A stretch of DNA of 64,000 bases from Octopus vulgaris (GCA_951406725.2 OX597816.1:86304001-86368000); one strand, 5' to 3'; positions 29,114-43,187 are shown, counted from the stretch's first letter. Translations and numbers: made by a program. Notes: generated from the letters alone by a model not told the origin.

Positions 29114-29136
29114 GTAGCTTACCACGCCGGGTTCCC

Positions 29137-29792
29137 TTTTTGGACCGAATAGTGACTGGTGGCGAGAAATGGGTTCCTTAAAAAAATGTCAAGTTTCGAA
29201 GACAGTCAGTAGAGAAATGAGAAACACCAGCACACCAGACTAAAGAAGGTTTTCACCCACATACGAAATTGATATTTGTTTGGTGGGGTGTGAAATGTTT
29301 AGATCAGTTTCAAATTTTAAACCCAATCCAAACGATAACAAAGAAATTCTACTGCGAGCAGCTTGAGCGACTTAAGTCAGCGCTAGAAGAAAAACGGCCA
29401 TGATTTGTTTCAAGAGGACAGGTGCTTTTCCATCAAGATAATGCCACATACAGCGAGGGTGACATTCCAAAGAGTGGAGCAATTTGAATGGGAAACGTTG
29501 CCCCACCCACCATATTCTCCGGACATAACCCCATCTGATTATCATTTATTCTGCAGTCTTCAAAATCATTTGGAGGGGAAAAATATGAATTCTGTAGACG
29601 AGGTCCGAGCAGTACTGGAAGAATATTATTTGTGAGGGACAAGTGAATTTTGCAAGTCTACTAGATAGATGGATGTGCATTTTAGAAATCGAAGTAGAGT
29701 ATATTTTAGATTTAAAAAGAATTTTATTTATCTTAGTTTTGAAATAGAAAAGATGTTTAAAAAACCGCATCAGTTATGGGATGGCACATATA
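29137..29792 (+). mobile_element. Mariner transposase 3' half with right end
   Basis: LDRIVTGGEKWV, LFHQDNA, PHPPYSPDITPSDYHLF. Confidence 0.9.
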
Positions 29793-31755
29793 TATGCGTA
29801 TGTGACTGTGCGTGTCTATATCTCTGTGTTATACACAATATATCCAGACACTTCTTATTATACATTGTAGTAATTTATGTATACCTGTAGAAATTAATGT
29901 TCCAGTGTCACACCTGCAGACAGTACTTAGTCTATCTCGGAGCAGTTATATTTTACGGGCTAATATTGTTCACATCTCATACTATCATAGCTTAGTTGAA
30001 TTTATGTTTGCATTTTGTTCAAAGAGGGTTTGCAATAAATTTTTATATTTATGGAATCACCATTGCGTGAGGGGACATCAAAGATCTGCATTAAAGCATT
30101 GAAACCTCTCTCATAAATCCTAAATCTTAGACATATTTGGCGATTAAGAATTGTTTAGTCCTAGATTTGAAACACTGAACGAATGCTTTTGCCGATTAGA
30201 TTTATTTTACGAAATATCTATTTAATCAGTTCGCACCAAAGCTACACAATATCAGTAATTGTATGTTAGCTCGAAAATTTCATGAAAAAAAAACACAAAT
30301 CAAACAGAAGAGGGAAATAAATGTTACGCTCTGAAATAAGAAATTAAGTTCAACAGTGGCAGTTTGAGGAAAAGCAGAAAGGAAACATAAAAGTCGTGTC
30401 TGTAGAGAAAATATTGCGTTGTTATTATATGGTCCGCATGGTTGAATGAACGGCGATACTGAAGTCGGCAGAATAAAATGTTGCAACGAAATTTCAAAGG
30501 AGTTAATGGGCGAGTGAGTGAATATTGTAGTGGGTCTATTGATAATGGTATTGTTGAGTGTTTTATTGTGTAAGGGAAAGTCTCATGCTGGGAATATTTT
30601 CTTTATGCGTGTGTGTATATGTAAGTGTAACCGTGCGAGTGTTGAGAGGTACGTACTTCGATGTGTATGCATTTCGTGTTTACGTGCAGATATGCGTATC
30701 GTTCCAATCATTGTAAATAGGAAGTAATGATGTATGAGCATATGCTATGAATGAATATACAAAAGCGTGCGTTTGTGCGCGTGTATAGTATTATATTTGG
30801 CAAACGGCAACGCATGGGTGCTGAGTTGTGTGTTTACTACTATTTAAGAAAAAAATTTAATACTAGAATATCCAAATTGTTCTCCAGGCCAGTAGGATGG
30901 GTGAGGCAGAAGATAAAAAATTACTTGGTTTCCTTTATGCTCTTTCGAAGTTCATGATGTTTAGTAAAGAATGACACTGCAAACAATAACATAGTGATGA
31001 CTATGTCCAGAGTATAAATCTCGGAGAGGAGTTGGGATAATCGGCCTTTGATATGTAAGAATTATAAAAGGGCGTCTGTAAATTGATATGTCCGTTAACG
31101 AATGTTTCCTCCAAAATGTAGACTGTAAATTCCGTATTTTTTAAAATTAAATGTTTATGTATGCTTTTGTGTATGTTTGTGTTTGTCTGCTATGTGTATG
31201 GGGTATTCACAGACGTGGGAGGGGTCGAGAGTTTTTATAAGTAGCAATGCATTAGGATTAGATGCAGGAGAAGTTGAATGGTCAATGAATTTTAGTTAGA
31301 TGAAGAAATGAATTGTTGATCAGAATATCACACCACGCGTCCAACTGAAAGAAGAACATGCTGCATAGAGATGCGATGGAGTAGTAAAGTAGCAGGGTAT
31401 TATATATGGAAATTGATTATATTAGCTCATAAAATATGTCAATTATAAATAAAATAGAACTACAATAGTTTTGGTGTTGGGTTAGATGTGAAACCACAAA
31501 GATCTTAGTCTATGGCAAGATTATTCTGTTCACATTGTGAAAGCTACACATGAAAAACACATCTTATAGCAAGTTGTATAAACTACAAGTGGAATTGAAA
31601 GTATGCGCATTTACTATTTATATATTTATTCCGACAGAACAGGAACTTGCCAACATATTCTATTCATAACGTCTAGACGGCAACATACAAAAACAATACT
31701 CCTACGCGCACGCACACACACGCACACATACACACACACGCACACACACACACTG

Positions 31756-33607
31756 CAGTTAAGAGGGACTCGTCGGTTGTGGCAGTGTGTTTTTTACGAT
31801 TACGTTGAAGTAAGTGGTGATATTGTTATAATTGTCAAAGATTTCCCCTCGTGGGTGTACCACGTTTGTTCCTTGTTGAAATTGCTGTTCGTACGAACGA
31901 GATTTTGTTGAATTGTAGTTTTTCTTCCCATTTATGGGAGAACCAGCGAAAAGAAGTGTATTGGAGACTGAACCAACGAAGAAACACAGTTATTCGGCTG
32001 CAACTGGCAAAGGAATTGAAGTAGAAACTTTGGAGGTTCGAGAAGTCAAAATTGAGCCAAAAAAGCTGAAAGATTGCGGCAAGCTTTTAGACAAGTAAGG
32101 CCACAACCTTAATTTGACACCCCCGCTCGAGTTAACAAATGGACTGAAGAAACGTGCAGTGATTTACAAAACACTGAAAGGATTGACAAAGAAAATCGAA
32201 ATTGCATCCATAGAAGAGGTAAAGAAGGGTCTGAAACAGATCAAAAAGATCACGACATTTATAAGAGGAAGATTTGGCACAGTGGAGGTGCGATTCGCAA
32301 GCGAAGGTGAAGCGATTAAGCACTCCACTGATGCCATAAAAACTGAAGTGTAGGTGCTCCTAACGACATACTGTGGTAAGCGAGTTGTCAGAGTAAAGAT
32401 GGGAAACGTTCCACCAGAGTTGAAAGAAACATGGCTGGTTGCTGCAGTCATGTACACTATGGAGGAGTATGCGAAGATCCTGGGAGTAACAAGGACGAAA
32501 AGAGTTAAGTTTGGGGTTACGGAATCGAGATGGCAGTATAGACAACTGTGAGTGATATGAATAAGATTTCAGAAGAAATTATATTACCCGAAGATATGAG
32601 ATTAAGAGTGGTGGTGGAGGGCAGGCCTCCTATATGCTTCTTGTGTGGCGAGAAACCCACATGAAGGTGAGGTGTCCCCAGAGAGAAGAGAAAGAGCAAC
32701 ATATGTAACAGTCTGAGGAGCAGGAGAGGGTAAACAATGTGGTATAGGGGGATGAAAAGGAGGCAACTGGAATAGAGGAGTAATTTGAAGTGGTTAAAAA
32801 TGAAAACCATAGGAAAAGAAGGGTTCTCCGTCGGAGAGACAGAAAAAGAATAAAAATAGCAGATAAGACGATTGAGGAAAAGTCGTAAATGATGTTGAAA
32901 AGGATTTCGAGAAAGAGGTAGAAAAGGAGGTTGAGAAGAAGGTTATGGAAGAGGAGACATATGAAAGCATACTAGAAGGTTTTTTTAACCCATGAGAAGA
33001 AACAGCGACACTGACCGAAATGGAGGAGCTAGCGACAAGGGTGGAACGTGGTAATCAAGTAAGAAAGCGGAGAAAACATATTTGGAACTTTGTGACATAT
33101 GCCATAAATGTAAATACGGAAAAAATGATAACCAAACTGAAATATGTCATAAGGGTTAAGTTACCCAAGAAGATGTATAGTGAAAATGTGAAAGCACTTT
33201 TAATCGACGAGGAAAAATATAGCAAGTTGAAAGAAAAATATAAACTGGAACACCAGAATTCGTATTGGAGTTCCATGAACTACCGCCAGTAGTAGAATTA
33301 AGTAAAATATAGTCATACATAAGGTATTAAAAAAAGAGAGTGAATTGTTGCTTTTAAAAAAGAGTAAACAAAATTATGCTAAGAGTGAAAAAACACTGAA
33401 ACAGAAAAAAGGTTATAAACTGAAAGTAAGAACTTTCAAATGGCACTGATGTGAGTGGGGTGCATGCAGCCATTTCATTACCATCGAATTCATTATATAT
33501 TTTTTTCATGTTTCATTCTTTTTTTTATTGTTGTCCCCACTGTGGTGTTCTGTCTGTCCTTGTGCCTCCCCCCTCTGTGTATGAGCCTGAGTGCGCAAAT
33601 AAAGAAA
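31756..33607 (+). mobile_element. Second, more decayed ORF1-only L1/Tx1-like element
   Basis: Starts cagtt after (CA)n; ATG 31934; IRGRFGTVEVRFASE, VKMGNVPPEL, VVVEGRPPICFLCGEK.HMKVRC (frameshifted knuckle, 32635-32675); ends caaataaagaaa; no RT seen. Confidence 0.7.
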
Positions 33608-33696
33608 GGAGTTGTGAAGATCTCGTCTGTAGAAGTCGGTAGGTTGCGTCTAGAGCCAAGACTTTACTACGGATATAAGTTCATCATCATCATCTG

Positions 33697-34729
33697 AAAA
33701 CTGCTTTCTCTTCAAAAGAGACTTCATGGTTGGAAACAAATGAAGACAGATGGTGCGAAGTCGGGAGAGTAAGAGGGGTGAGGAAGGATTTCATCTGGGC
33801 AACATCTTTCATCTGGGCAACATGTGCATTGTGAACTGGGGCTTTGTCTTGGAGGAGGTCAGCATGCCATGCCTATCTGCCTTGATGGTTTCCCACAATT
33901 TCTGCAGCAGAAACTTATAGTATACCCCATTAATTGTGGTGCTCTTTGCCAGAAAAACTATCATCACTACTCCACGCTGGTCCCAAAAGCTTATGAACAT
34001 CATCTTGCCTGGTGAGGGTTGGACACGAACCTTCTTTGAAGGTGGTGAGTTATCAGGCTGCCATTGCTTCGATTGGATGTTAGTCTCAGGATCATTGTGA
34101 TGGACCCATGTTTCATCGTCTGTGATATGTCTGCCGAAAAAGTCCTCCTCATTTTCTTGGCTCAATGCCAAAAGAGCCTTGGAGCAATAGATTCATTCTT
34201 GTTTCTGTAAAGGTGTGACCATCAGGGGAATCCATCTTGCAGACAATTTCGACATGTACAAATGGACGTGAAGGATTTTTTCTACGGACCTTACACTTTT
34301 CCTCACTTCTTGGGCTACTTGCCGAGTAGTTATGCAGCGATCCTCCAAAATAACGGCTTCCACTTTGTGGATGGTGCCGTCATCAATGGAGGAATGCCGT
34401 TGTCCAAGATCAGTTTCCACCAATGTCCAACCATATTTGAACTGGCGATGCCAGTGCATAACTACATCGTATGATGGTGCACCGTTACCATAAACTTCTT
34501 TCATCTCATCGAAACTCTTTTGGAGTATAAGAACCTGTTCACTGATCTACATTCAACTGCCTTCATTATAACACCTTAGTCCATTCCAGCAGCCGTTACA
34601 GACAAAGAAATAATTGTGGAAAGCTGCAATTTACAATGTGACACGTATAGACATGTATGATAATACGTGTCAGTTTCCTGGAATAACCGGAAGTAGGTCA
34701 AAGGAAGCCTTTAATGAACACCCCTCGTA
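33697..34729 (-). mobile_element. Mariner transposon remnant
   Basis: VYGNGAPSY..WHRQFK, LSARWIP, ITDDETWVHH.DPET, PHPSYSPDFAPS; terminus ...aacacccctcgta. Confidence 0.9.
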
Positions 34730-34899
34730 TAGTGACATAACTGGTGGTACGTTAGTGAAACTTGTCATTTTTACCTATATCTCCGCGGCACATAATATAA
34801 GCATTTTCTCTCCTTGCAGTCACCCTTATTCTGATTATATTTATTTCATGACTCTGTTATTTATATTGTCATCATTATGTCATATGGATATTACTGTAT

Positions 34900-37150
34900 T
34901 CTAAAAATGTTTTAGCAAGACAAGGAGATATTTCGTTTCCGGACCATGGTTGCCAAGCAGTATAGTAGCCAACTAAAAGCCGAACTTATTCTTCCAACGC
35001 TACAATTTGACTATGTCTCATTATAATAACCTTTTTCCTAGTGTATGCATGTGACATTGCATTTATATGACTATTTCATAGTGCCACAATGATATCAAAC
35101 GTACTAAGGTTTTTTCTTCCATGCCTGCGTATATAATTTACGCTTATCTACGTTTATGTTAGGGCAGCCAGAAACAATGAAATTTATTATTTTTTTCTAC
35201 AGATTCTTCATGTTCTGCAGATACATTTTATGTTCAAACTTATATACTTCTTGTAGTTTCTGATTTAGCGATAGTGGTAGTGGTGATGATGGTGGGGTTT
35301 TGTAGTGTTATATTAAAATATCTAAATTTCTGTCTCATCTCTGCTTTGATGTTTTTTAAAACTTTTTATTAGATAATATTCGTGTGTATTCTTTTCTTTT
35401 CCTTTCTTTTTCTTTGTTTTTTTGCTCTGTTGCCCTAACATGATATGCTGTTGGCCAGTATTTCGTTTAATTTTATTACGAAGATTTTTTTTTTTTGTTG
35501 CTCTATCATATATTTGATTGTTGCTTTGAAGCCAGAATATTTGTTTCGTATTTTCACGCATAGAACTATCTGTGATATTCCCCCTTAATTCTTTAGAAGA
35601 TATTTTGCATTCATACACCAGGGATATTAACGCAATGCTCTATTTACTCTGTTTCATTTTTCTTTGCTATCATGGTATTTTACTGTCGCATTTTGATTGT
35701 GATATTCTAAATGCATTCATTTTTTCCTTGGTTCTGACGTCCAGTTTTGTTAATTCTCTTGTTGAGATTAATATCCATAATTTATTAAGTGAATAACAAG
35801 AGAATTGATACATAATATTTAATATTGTGTCTTTTAGTCCTTTTGAAGTGTTCATCTAATGCATTTGTTACATACACGAGTGACCTTCTGCTTTATTCGT
35901 GTCTGTTATAATTCATTATTAATTACGAAGCATTTGTAAGTCTGTATGTTTTTCATTGTCTTATATCCGTTTCCTTATGTAGCATGATAATTTTTCAAAA
36001 ATTTCATCAGTTCAAGATTATCATGGAATATGTTTCAAAGCGAATTATATATTATATAACAATTCACCCAGTAATTATTTGCATTTTTTAAACCAGTAGA
36101 CACAATTTGGCACCATGAGTAGTGGTTTGATATAATCCCTATACAAAAATATGGTTGCTTGTTCACCAATATCATAAATGAACGAATTCACACTGATATT
36201 GGTCAAATGATATAGCAGTTTGCTTAAAGTTGTTAAAGATACGCAGAAAAGCGGCGGGGATGAAAGATTCTCTTGCGAAATGCAACCTGTAAATAGGGCT
36301 TTTATTTGTATTTATAATACCTTCCCTTGTTTTCTCTCTGCAGAATGGTTTAACACTTAATCATCAGGTGTTTACGTGCTTCTTTATTATTGTTAATAGT
36401 CCTCATATTCCAACATTTCCCTAATTCATGGAGCCGGAACATGTGTTTCCGTATTTTCAAACGAGTAATTATGATGCAGCTCTACTTTCCTTGTTGAATA
36501 TATTATGTATTTTGCCTTGGTTATACGCTTGGATACATATATATCCATCAATTGTTTAGTAGTTAGGTTTCCAATCTTTATTTAATTTGCTATGTTATCG
36601 CAAAGAAGTTTGTGTTGTTTTACACACTGCTTTTTAATTTTGAAAATATTTCTACCTTTAGATAATTGCCATATTCAGAATTAGCAGCATTTCAATAGTT
36701 AATTTTAATTATTTTTCATGAACCCTATTCTTCATATTTTCGTCCGTGTGGTTTCTTTTCCATTCTTTGCTGTTGTTTATTTCCGACTCATATGCTAGGG
36801 GTTTCATTTTGTTGTATTTTTTTATTTGTTTATTAAATCATATATGTCTATCGACATGATTTACATTTTCCATCTTTATACCGTTAACTTTATTTATTCA
36901 GTTTTGTATTTGGTCGTTAATTGCTTTTTGTTCGTTGCTTTTATTTTCATTATGTTATAACATTTTATCTGCGTTATTTCTGAACTTGGCAAATGTGTAG
37001 AAATCAATTTTTTTGGAAGAGGGGTATTTTCTCTCTCCTGAATATATGCGTATATTTTGTTGGAGTACAGAGAAATTTTCAGTGACAAAGGAATCTATAA
37101 CCTATGTTACTTTGAAAATTGTTAGCAGCTAATACTATTTCGCATCTCTT
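34900..37150 (-). mobile_element. Highly decayed R4/Dong-like non-LTR RT region
   Basis: FARESFIPPLFCVSLTTLSKLL (QGDSLSPLLFC-like, ~36280), IFLYRDYIK (YMDD-like, ~36140), TPLPKK (~37020). Confidence 0.5.
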
Positions 37151-38219
37151 AAATGAAAATTGTTTGCTGTAAGGCCATGTTCAATCTATATTCTACATTT
37201 AGTATTACCCACGCTGGTGCCGTGCTTCCATAAGAACACGAGAAGACAAATTTTTGTGCTGAAAGCATATTCCGAATGTAACGAGAAAATTCCTTGTTTC
37301 TCTATTTATAGAGCATATGATAACTTACCAGAAACAACCTGACGCAGAAATGGAATATTTCGGCCGAAAGCTAATTATGATAATGCAACAGAAAAATTAG
37401 ATTATTTCATTATTCTCTTATACTGACATCTCTATTAGTAAGATGACATCAGATACGTGAACTGCCTCAGTGGGTAGACTTATAAACTTTGAAATTGCTG
37501 ACTACTCTGATTTCTCCGTTTCTTAGATTTACCCCTTCCACCTTGCTGCAATTAAGCAATTTGCTGCTCTTTGAGTAGAAGCTATAACATTTCAGTCCCA
37601 GGCTTTTCAACATTAGTTGTTATTACGTGATACACAGCATTCGAACGTTTACACGTACGTCACTTCTATTGGATAAAATTTGCAGCTACATAAGATTTAA
37701 ACTAATACACTGCTTGCCGGCTTTGCATGCACAAGACTACTCAATAAACCAGCATTACAGTCGGTCACCTATCAGTGCAATAGATTAACGTGTTGCGTTT
37801 TACAGCGTAATCAGATGTTGGGACGCAGATTAAATATTTCTCATTCATTATTCGTAATAATAAATGCGATCTAATCAATCGCCTTTGCTATTTAACTATA
37901 GTTTTACGTTCTGAAACTGTATCTAAATTTACTGTTTAATTAAGAAATCTATTATATAATGAACCAAATTCTACAGACATATATACAACACTGGGATATA
38001 TGAAAAGCGCACACGTATCGTCAACTTTAAATCTTATTTGTTTTGTGATGTCAAGATATTTACTATACTGCAAATACATTTGAAACCGCAAATACATTTG
38101 TGACTGCTCTCTGCACATTAACAATAAAAAACTAAAGGGTTTTTTTTTCTCATATGCGAAATATTGATCTTACCACATTACAAATTACAAAAACAAAGTG
38201 ATGCTTGTAGGACAGAAAA

Positions 38220-38447
38220 GCGGCGAGAAACTTTAGCACACCGGGCGAAATGCTTAGCAGTATTTTGTCTGCCGCTACGTTCTGAGTTCAAATTCCACCG
38301 AGGTCGACTTTGCCTTTCATTATTTAGGAGTCCATAAATTTATTACCAGTTACGCACTGGGATCGATGTAATTGACTTAATCCCTTTGTTTGTCCTTGTT
38401 TCTCCCCTCTGTGCTTAGCCTCTTGTGGGCCATAAAGAAACAAGAAA
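38220..38447 (+). mobile_element. tRNA-derived SINE
   Basis: ttagcacaccgggcgaaatgcttagc, gagttcaaattcc, gaggtcgactttgcctttc, cataaagaaa. Confidence 0.85.
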
Positions 38448-38559
38448 GCTGTTCCCCTTGTGTCTATATGCATATTTTTCTGATTTATTACATGATCTGA
38501 GAATTAAAGTTCGATTGCTTATTAGGAATATCATTACTTTCATTCAATACTGTCTTCTA

Positions 38560-39560
38560 TATTTATGGTGACGTTGCATTTTATGCGTTCACTTTTCCTA
38601 TACATTCTGTCAAAAAAGTTCAAAGTATGCGGTGCGTGTCTTTTAATTTTAACTCGAAGAATACTATTTGTATTAATATTTAGTGTTTAGATTATTTTCT
38701 TTTAATTTTCTTTTAATGATTTTTGAGTGGCCTGCTTACATATGATGAAAATCCATATTTTCTCTTCATATTTCTTCCTTTTTTATATCTTACATCATAT
38801 CCATAGATTAATTTATTTAATATTGTTATTTCCCTCTCTTTAAATCAATCACATTTTCAGCTTTACTCCTCCAATTTGGCTTTCTTCTCAGGTTTGGTCT
38901 TACTTTTCTTAGTTGTTTTATTATTATTATTATTTCAAAAGCTTACAACTGGTTTCATTTGGTTTAGCAAATGCAGAAACGATTTGATTTAACTCAATAA
39001 GATCAGGTTGTAACTCTTGGCTGATATCTTTTGTTACGCAGGTGCCATTTGTAATTTTGTGTAATCATTTGTTTTGATTTTTTTTCTTTTTGCTGTAGTC
39101 TGTATTTGAGAGTTTTATGAAGTCGTTCTCTAGCCAGCTGATTCTGAATTTTCAGCTTCAGTTTTATCATACATTCTGTGTTCTTCAGCAAATGCGTAGT
39201 CTTAAGTACTGTTTCTTGACCACTTTCCTGGCAATCTTTATCAAATACATCTGAATTTCCTATTTCTTCAGGCTTTGCGTGATTTTCGATTAAGACTTGT
39301 GTCTGGCTACTTGTTGTGTCATCTGATTCTTCCTGTTCTATATTTAAGTCATTTCCAAATGCGTGCTCCAATGCAATCATTTCGGTGTCTCTGAGTCTAT
39401 TATTTCTGAAGATTATCCTTCCTGACAATTGCTAACTTGATTTCATCCTGCTATCTTAATTTCATGTTCTCCATATTCTGGAAGATTTTGCAACGTGTTT
39501 CTTTTGAGATAGACTTACTTAATTCGTAGAAATATGTTTACATTACATCTTTATATCCGT
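38560..39560 (-). mobile_element. Probable N-terminal part of the same R4/Dong-like element
   Basis: ORF 39003-39428 begins GRIIFRNNRLRDTEM followed by an acidic linker; same strand and upstream of the RT remnant. Confidence 0.4.
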
Positions 39561-40051
39561 TGCCATTACTATTATTATACTACAATAACAAATGATCAGC
39601 GTTATTATTGTTGTTGTTTATTATTTGGTGGTTGTCCTCTGTAACCAGGATTACAGTGGAGTTATTATCATCGTTATTATTGTTGTTACTTTATGAATAG
39701 TAAGTGATGTTGTTGCTGCTGGAGAGTGGCAAAGTGAATCATGCTGGCTGTGGGTCTACCAGTAATAATTTTAGTTGTTATAAGCTAAAGTTCTTTTCTC
39801 TTGCTTGTGTTTACATGGGAATTGAGGCGTTAAGAAAACACAGGCAGGTGGTCATAGAGTTAGATTCCATGAGTATATAAATAGAATCAATAGATGTTGA
39901 GAGGGAGCAACGAAGGTATGTTTGTCCCCATGCGATCAGCAGAGTTGAAATTAAATGATTAGAGCAGCACGAGCTACTATTACAATGATCAATTCGAGTG
40001 ATGGTAGGTTTGAATAAAATCGATTGATTTTATTCTGTTTCCCTTATAAAA

Positions 40052-40310
40052 ATAAAATAAATGCGCCCGTTTTAAAGCCTAGCCAAGATCATGGGCCCGG
40101 TTTCCCGGTTTCTATGACGTATGTCTTCCCCAGCTGGACGGGAAGCCAGTCCATCGCAGCGTTACTCATTTTTGCCAGCTGAGTGGACTGGAGCAACGGG
40201 AAAGGAAGTGTTTTGTTCAAGAATACAATGTATTGCCCGGTTCAGGAATACGAAACCATAATCTTACGATCATGGTGCTGACAACCTAACCACTAAGCCA
40301 CGCGCCCCCA
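40052..40310 (-). mobile_element. tRNA-derived SINE of a second family (CORE-like body)
   Basis: Reverse complement head ggcgcgtggcttagtggttagg (A-box), ggtttcgtattcc (B-box-like), cttgaacaaaacacttcc body, (TTTTA)n tail. Confidence 0.75.
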
Positions 40311-41186
40311 CTCTGGTTCCCTTACCGATCGAAAATTAGATATTTACGCCGCTGGTTTTTAACAATATGACAGTTGTACTGTCTTTACAGTTTTCATAAT
40401 AGTTTAGTTTGCAAATATATCAGTCGCTTATCTTCAGCGCTCGATATCACTTCTATAGAGTGTTCTGAGTTTTGAGTTATTGAGGGGCTTCAGTTTTTTC
40501 TGGATATAAAAGCGGAATGTTTGTGTGTTCATGAATACATTTAGAAATAATGTACTCACAGAGAGTCGTTTTTTTTAAAGTTGCCTGAGTCAAATAGCCG
40601 GGACGTTTAAGAGTGTTCTGATAAAAGAGTTGTTTGCATATTCGAATGAACAATATATATATTTTTCAATACACACAAAAAAAAAAAAAAATTGACGATA
40701 TTCAACGTTCTAAATTTATAGGAAAGACGGATGTTTGCGTGTTCAGTCAGAGAAAAGAGTAGAGATTGTAGTTGTTCAAGGTTTTAAGGTTATTTTAAAA
40801 AAGGATTTCAGTTGCACAGTTGGACTATAATTGCATTTCTGTATCTTTAGTTCCTCACTACATGTAACTGCAAAGAACCCGTGCAGCTGCTATCAAGGCT
40901 GGCTACGATCTTATTATTATCATTCTTCTTCTTCTTCTTCTTCTTCTTCTTCTTCTTCTTCTTCTTCTTCTTCTTCTTCTTCTTCTTCTTCTTCTTCTTC
41001 TTTGTTTTATTGTATACCGAAAACAAAATGGCAGAGCGACAGTACCAATATCATCGACAGAACAGAAACCTCTTATGTCAAATACCATCATCAATAAATA
41101 TGCTTCCTTCGCGTAAGTAGTTACAAAGGAATTATATCGTTTAATAGTTTGAGATACACAGTTGAAATGTGTAGAAGTTTAGATTT

Positions 41187-41217
<31 letters not shown>

Positions 41218-41419
41218 TTATTATTATTATTATTATTCTCCTCCTCCCCCTCCGCCTCCTCCTCCTCCACCTCCTCCTCCTTCTTCTTCTTCGTTTTATA
41301 GTATACCGTGTATACTATCAATTTTTTACCGTTTCATTATATCTAAACCCATACGCTTTATGTCTGTCTTTGTTTTGCATCCCCTCATCCTTCCCCCAAG
41401 TGGCAACTAAAGAAAATCC

Positions 41420-41453
<34 letters not shown>

Positions 41454-41565
41454 TATTATTATTTACTGTCTTTGTACAGCTTCTAACGCTAAAGATGTAC
41501 TGTGATGCCAGCTGTTCACTACCATTGAACTAAGGTAATTATTATTATTATTATTATTATTATTA

Positions 41566-41957
41566 CTAGCAGTATCGCCCGGCGTTGCTCCGGTTGTAAG
41601 GGAAATAACTATATAAGCATTTTTAGAGAGTTATAGCCAAAAAATAGCAAAAACATGCATTAAAAATTGAAAAAAAATTCAGGTAAATTTTTTTTAAATC
41701 GTTGACACATCGTAGATATTGTTAGAGAGTTACTTCCCTTATATAAAAGCGAAAAAATGCATTAAAATGGAAAAATATGATGGTAATTTTTTTTAAATCG
41801 TAGACTCATCGTAGACGCACGCTAATACCCAGAAGGGCTCGATATGAATCACGACTATAAGATACCCGCTTTTGGTTAAACTGCACCGCAAAATGTGGGA
41901 GTAGTTAGGAATCTAAATCGTAGGAGACAGACACACAACTTCACTCTTATATAAAGA
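41566..41957 (-). mobile_element. Non-autonomous Helitron
   Basis: Minus strand A|TC...ccggagcaacgccgg hairpin..CTAG|T: TC start, subterminal hairpin, CTAG end, AT target; internal tandem duplication. Confidence 0.75.
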
Positions 41958-42389
41958 TGCTTTTTTTTTCAGTCATAGAGTTAGATTTATGAAGGTCTTC
42001 AGTAGAAAATCCTTCGAATTCTGACTCGCTGCTTGATATAATGAAATTCGTATCCATTTTTTGTCAGAATTACAAATTTTGAAAACACAATAGGAACAAA
42101 TTTCGGAAAAAAATCTCCCATAATTCACGGAATAAAAATTACACTTCGATTTTTGTACAAAACTGTAGTTGAAGTGTTTACGAAGTATAATACGTGTTTT
42201 CACGAATGTACTAAAGAGATTTGCTCTGATATTCTCATTTAAATATGAATAGGTAAATTCGGGCGGCTTGGTAACTATATATAAGTGTCGTCTGTTTATA
42301 CATAAACACTGTTTCATACTGCAATTATATATACATATATCTATATATAATATTATATAATAAAATATATACAGAGTAAAATAAAAACC

Positions 42390-43113
42390 AATTTACCTTT
42401 TCTGTCCGTCCGTGTGTCTTTGCAAATGTGTTGGAATGATAAGTGAGTTGAGTTTTGGCGCCTTTTTTACTAATAACAAACACACACGTGTTTGTATGTA
42501 GTTGTATGTGTATGTAGTTGTATGTAGTTGTATATGTATGTGTATGCGTGTGTGTGAGGAATGACACACACACACTCACGCACGCACACATGTACATCAA
42601 TGCTTTCGGATTGATATGTTAAAATATTGAGTTTTCTCGAATTTTGTCTTAATTGGTGGTAAAATTGAAAGAAATTTTTTATGGCATCACCCACTGAAGT
42701 ACTCTGAAAAATCTTAGGTAAATTCTAATTGAAGAAATTGTGTGAGGAGTAAATGGTTATGTATTTATTTGTTTCTGTTTGCTGTGTTTTTTTATTTTTT
42801 GAGTAGTGGTTTAAATACTTTCAGTTTAGTCTTCCTCAAATCACTCTGTCGCTATTTACTTTCATTTTATTCGTTGCACACTGTGTGTGTGCGTTTGCGT
42901 GTGGTGTAAACCAGACTAAGAAAAGCATTTGACACACACACCAGAATGTGAGTTTTCTGTAAATTTTGCTTAATTGGAGTTTAAATTTTAAAAACTGGAC
43001 CTGGCATGACGCGATGCATTGTACTCTTAAAAATGCTAGGTAAATTGTAATTGAAGAAATCCTATATTGTAGATTTGTATAACTCCCAAAGGGAGGCAGA
43101 TAAAATCTGCCTT
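42390..43113. mobile_element. Possible Helentron-associated (HINE-like) element with diverged internal direct repeat
   Basis: tttacctttt-ctgtccgtccgt start; ~115-bp repeats at ~42625-42740 and ~42945-43060; terminal hairpin ggcagat-aaa-atctgcc. Confidence 0.4.
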
Positions 43114-43187
43114 TTATAATAAGAGATTATTATTATCATTAATATTATTATTATCATTATTATTATTTTCATTATTATTATTATTAT

